From Pirellulales bacterium (GTDB lineage Bacteria; Planctomycetota; Planctomycetia; Pirellulales; Lacipirellulaceae), in assembly GCA_046349975.1 (NCBI GenBank), contig JAXMBH010000002.1:128470-192469 (forward strand): DNA of 64,000 bases, in the 5' to 3' direction. The notes under the pieces are model-generated. The model did no database searches and was not told the origin of the DNA. It saw nothing but the letters and a program-made list of their open reading frames with translations. This document shows, piece after piece, positions 60,405 to 64,000 of this stretch; within the stretch, counting starts at the first letter, position 1; each line of letters begins with the position of its first letter. Made by a program: the position numbers and the translations under genes.

Positions 60405-61240
60405 GCGATCCCCCGGTATTTGCGCGTCGTCCACCACTGCAGGGCGTTGATCGCGAACAGCACAGCAAACGAGGCGGCCAGCATCATCGTCGCGATGGCC
60501 GTCGCGCCGGCGTAGTCGTATTGTTCGAGCTTCGTGATAATGAGGAGCGAAGCGATTTCCGTTCGCATCGGCATGTTGCCGGAGATGAACACCACCGAGC
60601 CGTACTCGCCGAGCGCCCGGGCAAACGACAGCGCGAAGCCCGTGAGCAGTGCCGGCATGACGCCAGGGAAAATCACGCGCCAGAACGTTTGCCACCGGGT
60701 CGCGCCCAGGCTGGCGGCCGCTTCTTCCGCTTCGCGATCGATCTCCTCGATCGCCGGCTGGAGCGTGCGGACAACAAACGGCAGGCCGATGAACGTGAGA
60801 GCGATGATGATGCCGAGCGGCGTGAACGCTACGCGAATTCCAAGTGGCTCCAGATACTGGCCGATCCAGCCATTCTTGGCGTACACCGCGGTGAGGGCGA
60901 TGCCCGAGACAGCCGTGGGCAGCGCGAACGGCAGGTCGATCATTGCGTCAATGAAACGTTTGCCGGGAAGCGAGTAGCGAACGAGCGTCCAGGCGACCAT
61001 CAGACCGAAAGCCGCGTTGATCGTGGCCGCCACGAGCGACGTGCCGAACGTGAGTTTGTAGGAGGCCACCACGCGCGGATTCCAGGCCGCGTGCCAGAAG
61101 CCTTCCCAACCAAGCGTGGCGCTCTTGATCACCAGCGCGCCGAGCGGCAGCAGCACGATGAGGCTCAGGTACAACACCGTGTAGCCCATCGTGAGGCCGA
61201 AGCCAGGGAGAGCCGTTTTTTTGGAACCGGGGAGAGTCAT
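60401..61240 (-). CDS. cysT: sulfate ABC transporter permease CysT
   Basis: 279 aa, CysT/CysU-like (ARALGEYGSVVFISGN, DLPFALPTAVSGI). Confidence 0.85.
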   Translation of the reverse strand: MTLPGSKKTALPGFGLTMGYTVLYLSLIVLLPLGALVIKSATLGWEGFWHAAWNPRVVASYKLTFGTSLVAATINAAFGLMVAWTLVRYSLPGKRFIDAMIDLPFALPTAVSGIALTAVYAKNGWIGQYLEPLGIRVAFTPLGIIIALTFIGLPFVVRTLQPAIEEIDREAEEAAASLGATRWQTFWRVIFPGVMPALLTGFALSFARALGEYGSVVFISGNMPMRTEIASLLIITKLEQYDYAGATAIATMMLAASFAVLFAINALQWWTTRKYRGIA

Positions 61241-61317
61241 CGAACCGTGCGCAATCCCTTGTGGAAGGTGGGCGTCTCCGACGCCGGAGGGTGGAAAATC
61301 GGCCGCGAGCGGCGCGT

Positions 61318-62469
61318 TTAGCGCGCTTCGTAAATCGAATCAAAGACGCCGCCGTCTTTAAAATGCTTATCGGTGGCTTCTCGCCAAGAGCCAAACACAT
61401 CTTTCACACTGAACAGCGTGAGCTGCGAAAACTGTTTGAGAACCTCAGCATCAACCAACTCCGGCATGCTGGGCCGATAGTAGTGTTTGGCCGCGAGCTT
61501 CTGACCGGCCGGGGTGTAAAGATACTCGACGTACGCTTTCGCGACTTCAATCGTGCCGTTCGTTTGGGCGTTGGCGTCGACGAGCGCTACCGGCGGTTCG
61601 GCCAGAATGCTGATCGACGGCACAACGAGCTCGACCTGTTCGGGTCCCAGCTCCTTGATCGCGAGCAACGCTTCATTTTCCCAGGCGAGCAGCACATCGC
61701 CAATGCCGCGCTGCACGAACGTAGTCGTCGAGCCGCGAGCACCGGAATCGAGCACCGGCACTTTCTTGTAGAGCGCGGCGATGTATGCCTTCGCCTTGGC
61801 TTCGTCGTTGTTATTCGCTCTGAGGGCATAGCCCCACGCAGCGAGGTAGGCTAGGCGGCCGGCGCCGGAAGTTTTCGGGTTCGACGTGATGACGTCGACG
61901 CCATCGCTTAAGAGGTCGTTCCAGTCCTTGATCGCTTTCGGATTGCCTTTGCGAACCAGGAACACGACGGTTGAACGATACGGGCTGCTGTTGTTTGGCA
62001 GCCGTTCTTGCCAGTTGGCAGGCAGTTTCTTGGTGAGGTCGGCGATTTGATCGATATCGTAAGCAATGGCAAGGCTGACGACGTCAGCCTTGAGGCCGTC
62101 AATCACCGATCGGGCTTGCGCGCCGGAGCCGCCGTGCGAGACCTTTACCGTCACCTGTTGGCCGTGCTCTTCCAACCAATGTTGGGCGAATGCTTTGTTG
62201 AAGTCGGCATAGAATTCGCGCGTGGGGTCGTACGAGACGTTGAGCAACTCGACGGCCGGCTTCGCAGCGGAAGCGTCGCTACGATTGGCAGCGGCGGTCG
62301 CTGAATCGGTTGACGTGGAAACACCGGCGATCCGCGAATCACAGCCACCCAGTGCGCACAAGCCGGCGGCTAGGGCGAGCGTCACATAGGAACGTGCGGC
62401 CGAACGGCGAAGGGGTGATGCCGTCAGGCCCGAAGCTGGACCTTCCTCGGCGGTATCCGCATTGACCAT
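61318..62469 (-). CDS. sbp: sulfate/thiosulfate-binding periplasmic protein
   Basis: Sbp/CysP-like throughout (LLNVSYDPTREFY...SHGGSGAQARSVIDGL...SNPKTSGAGR). The start was chosen at MVNADTAE, before a lipoprotein-like signal ending in LGGC. The tracked ORF extends to 62568. Confidence 0.8.
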   Translation of the reverse strand: MVNADTAEEGPASGLTASPLRRSAARSYVTLALAAGLCALGGCDSRIAGVSTSTDSATAAANRSDASAAKPAVELLNVSYDPTREFYADFNKAFAQHWLEEHGQQVTVKVSHGGSGAQARSVIDGLKADVVSLAIAYDIDQIADLTKKLPANWQERLPNNSSPYRSTVVFLVRKGNPKAIKDWNDLLSDGVDVITSNPKTSGAGRLAYLAAWGYALRANNNDEAKAKAYIAALYKKVPVLDSGARGSTTTFVQRGIGDVLLAWENEALLAIKELGPEQVELVVPSISILAEPPVALVDANAQTNGTIEVAKAYVEYLYTPAGQKLAAKHYYRPSMPELVDAEVLKQFSQLTLFSVKDVFGSWREATDKHFKDGGVFDSIYEAR

Positions 62470-62534
62470 CGCAATAACTCCCGAAACTTGCGCCCAAGAT
62501 TGGTGGCCCGAAGTGCAGCGGTGCTGCGATGCAC

Positions 62535-62556
62535 TGGCAACGCAATTGCAATGCCA
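62535..62556. promoter_or_regulatory. quasi-palindromic sigma-54 promoter-like element TGGCAAcgcaaTTGCAATGCCA between sbp and the divergent sigma-54 activator gene
   Basis: The minus strand reads TGGCAT-tgcaa-TTGCG, a consensus -24/-12 about 70 nt upstream of the sbp start. The plus strand reads TGGCAA-cgcaa-TTGCA, pointing at the activator gene. Confidence 0.5.
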
Positions 62557-62715
62557 AGCAGTATGCACCCTCAGGATTCAGCTAAAATCCGCAGAAACGC
62601 GCTGCTAGCCGTGGCTTATGCTGGCGTTGCAGAAGGTGTTTCCGTTAAATATAATAGTAAGCTCCATCATATGTGATTGTTGACGCGGAAATATCACAGA
62701 GGTGATCAACTTAGT

Positions 62716-64000
62716 ATGGTAATGCAAGCATTGCAATTGTCGCTGTGGCAAACCATCTCCCGCCATTTGGAAATCAGCGAGTCGACCGAAACGACGGCGG
62801 AACTTCTCGCTGAGCAAGTGCCGTTGGATGCGTTCGTCGTGGGCCGCGTCGATGCGGAGCATCGCCGCGTGCTGTTTGTTGCCCAATGGCCGACACAAGT
62901 TCTTGGCAATGGCAGCAGCGAGGTCCAGCTGTCGGAGAGCGATTGGCGGCGCTTCGATCGTTGGCTTCGGCAACGTTTCCCCAGTCAGCAAACCCCCGAT
63001 GGCCGCTCGCTGCCGATTGCCAAACTGTTGCGTTTGCCTTTGGCGGCGGAGGATTGGCTGCTCGCGCCGCTGCTCGGCGAGCACGGGTCGAGCGGCGTGT
63101 TGTTCGCTGTCGCAGCGCAGCGCAAGCTGTTTACGCCGCAGCACCACGAATTGCTCGATTCGGTACGTGAGCCGCTGGCGGTGGCGCTTGATAACGACGC
63201 CCGCTTGCACGAGCTTGCGGCCCTCCGGCAAGCGGCGGAAGCCGAGCGGCAGGCGCTCTTGCGGCGCTTAGGCCGCAGCGACTCGGGCGAGACAATTGTC
63301 GGCGAAGACGCAGGCCTCGCTCCTGTGATGCAGCGCGTCGATCTGGTGAGCAAGTCAGAAGTGCCGGTATTGATTCTGGGCGAGACGGGCACGGGCAAGG
63401 AGTTGGTGGCCCGCGCGATTCACAATCGCAGCGAGCGGCACAGCGGGCCGTTTCTGCGCGTGAATTGCGGTGCGATTCCGCGGGAGTTGATCGATTCACA
63501 GCTGTTCGGTCATGAGAAAGGCAGCTTTACCGGAGCGGCCGAGGCTCGCCAGGGATGGTTCGAGCGGGCCGACATGGGGACGCTGTTCCTCGACGAAATC
63601 GGCGAGTTGCCGCTCGATGCTCAGGTGCGGTTCTTGCGCGTGCTACAAGACGGCTACGTTGAACGGGTGGGCGGCGCGAAGCCGATTCGCGTCAATGTGC
63701 GGGTTGTGGCGGCCACGCACCGTGATCTCGCGGCGATGGTTCGCGAGGGCACGTTCCGCGAAGACCTGTGGTATCGCATCGCCGTGTTCCCAATTCTCCT
63801 GCCGCCTCTGCGCGATCGCGTGGGCGACATTGCCGCATTGGCGCGGCATTTTACGCAGCGAGCGGCAATCCGCTTCGGGCTCGCATCTGTTGAGCCGACG
63901 GAGGCCGATTTGCGGTTGCTGGAAAGCTACGATTGGCCGGGCAACATTCGCGAACTGGGGGCGGTAATCGACCGCGCGGCCATCCTGGGTGACGGCCGGA
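62716..64000 (+). CDS. sigma-54-dependent transcriptional activator with N-terminal GAF-like sensor domain (partial; the gene continues past the window end)
   Basis: Not in the ORF track because it has no stop in the window. Translation from the ATG at about 62716 reads [20 protein letters not shown]... The N-terminal half is GAF-like, followed by [81 protein letters not shown]...[19 protein letters not shown]. This AAA+ domain has Walker A and GAFTGA-type motifs. Confidence 0.8.
   Translation, partial: MVMQALQLSLWQTISRHLEISESTETTAELLAEQVPLDAFVVGRVDAEHRRVLFVAQWPTQVLGNGSSEVQLSESDWRRFDRWLRQRFPSQQTPDGRSLPIAKLLRLPLAAEDWLLAPLLGEHGSSGVLFAVAAQRKLFTPQHHELLDSVREPLAVALDNDARLHELAALRQAAEAERQALLRRLGRSDSGETIVGEDAGLAPVMQRVDLVSKSEVPVLILGETGTGKELVARAIHNRSERHSGPFLRVNCGAIPRELIDSQLFGHEKGSFTGAAEARQGWFERADMGTLFLDEIGELPLDAQVRFLRVLQDGYVERVGGAKPIRVNVRVVAATHRDLAAMVREGTFREDLWYRIAVFPILLPPLRDRVGDIAALARHFTQRAAIRFGLASVEPTEADLRLLESYDWPGNIRELGAVIDRAAILGDGR

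Noticed and set aside
62605-63231. 208-aa minus-strand ORF
   Set aside because: It lies antisense to the clearly coding GAF-AAA+ sigma-54 activator (Walker A, GAFTGA-type motifs) and its translation has no recognisable features.
1-64000. Mobile elements, phage genes, integrases, toxin-antitoxin pairs, rRNA or tRNA genes
   Set aside because: None recognised on either strand. The intergenic regions were inspected by eye only, so a tRNA scan (tRNAscan-SE) would still be worth running to be certain.

Overview
Window overview: a high-GC chromosomal segment that looks Planctomycetota-like. The evidence is a DUF1559 protein with a prepilin-type N-terminus and an H-X9-DG motif plus its small companion lipoprotein, a DUF1080 protein, a PEP-CTERM-anchored protein, and many sigma-54 activators. 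No transposases, integrases, CRISPR arrays or rRNA/tRNA genes were recognised. Gene content in order:
- Alpha-glucan/trehalose genes: a partial glgE, malQ and treZ.
- An MsbA-like ABC exporter.
- A surface-glycan cluster: rfbA, rfbB, a DegT-type sugar aminotransferase, a NeuD/PglD-like N-acetyltransferase, a FemAB-like acyltransferase, GT2 and GT4 glycosyltransferases and a beta-propeller glycosidase-like protein, followed by a PEP-CTERM protein.
- Secreted or periplasmic Planctomycete-type proteins: a xylose-isomerase-like TIM barrel, DUF1080 and a PQQ-propeller protein.
- Central carbon genes: a ROK glucokinase with a Lys-rich tail, pgi, gnd-zwf-pgl and rpiB.
- A GH63-like hydrolase with an in-frame palindromic tandem-repeat insertion.
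- A flotillin/SPFH protein.
- An Rrf2 regulator with its operator palindrome, and OsmC.
- A 1905-aa soluble hybrid histidine kinase carrying about 20 HAMP domains, encoded by about nine 276-bp tandem repeats, followed by a second hybrid kinase, an NtrC-type sigma-54 activator and an Hpt protein.
- A stress-like island (small basic protein, YflT-like, Cys/Ser/Gly-rich secreted protein, YciE/YciF, DUF1328, CsbD) where several genes are preceded by sigma-54 promoters.
- sbp-cysTWA-yezD, divergent from a GAF-type sigma-54 activator, with a palindromic sigma-54-like promoter between them.
Most interesting: the poly-HAMP phosphorelay plus the sigma-54-driven stress island, which looks like an undescribed sigma-54-based general stress circuit. 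Next are the sigma-54-controlled sulfate uptake operon, the intragenic palindromic repeat, and several conserved small intergenic repeat elements.
Coordinate caveat: my reading of the printed numbering was inconsistent by 1 nt in about 58.4-61.3 kb, so refined starts and small elements can be off by 1-2 nt. ORF-track coordinates were used wherever available.
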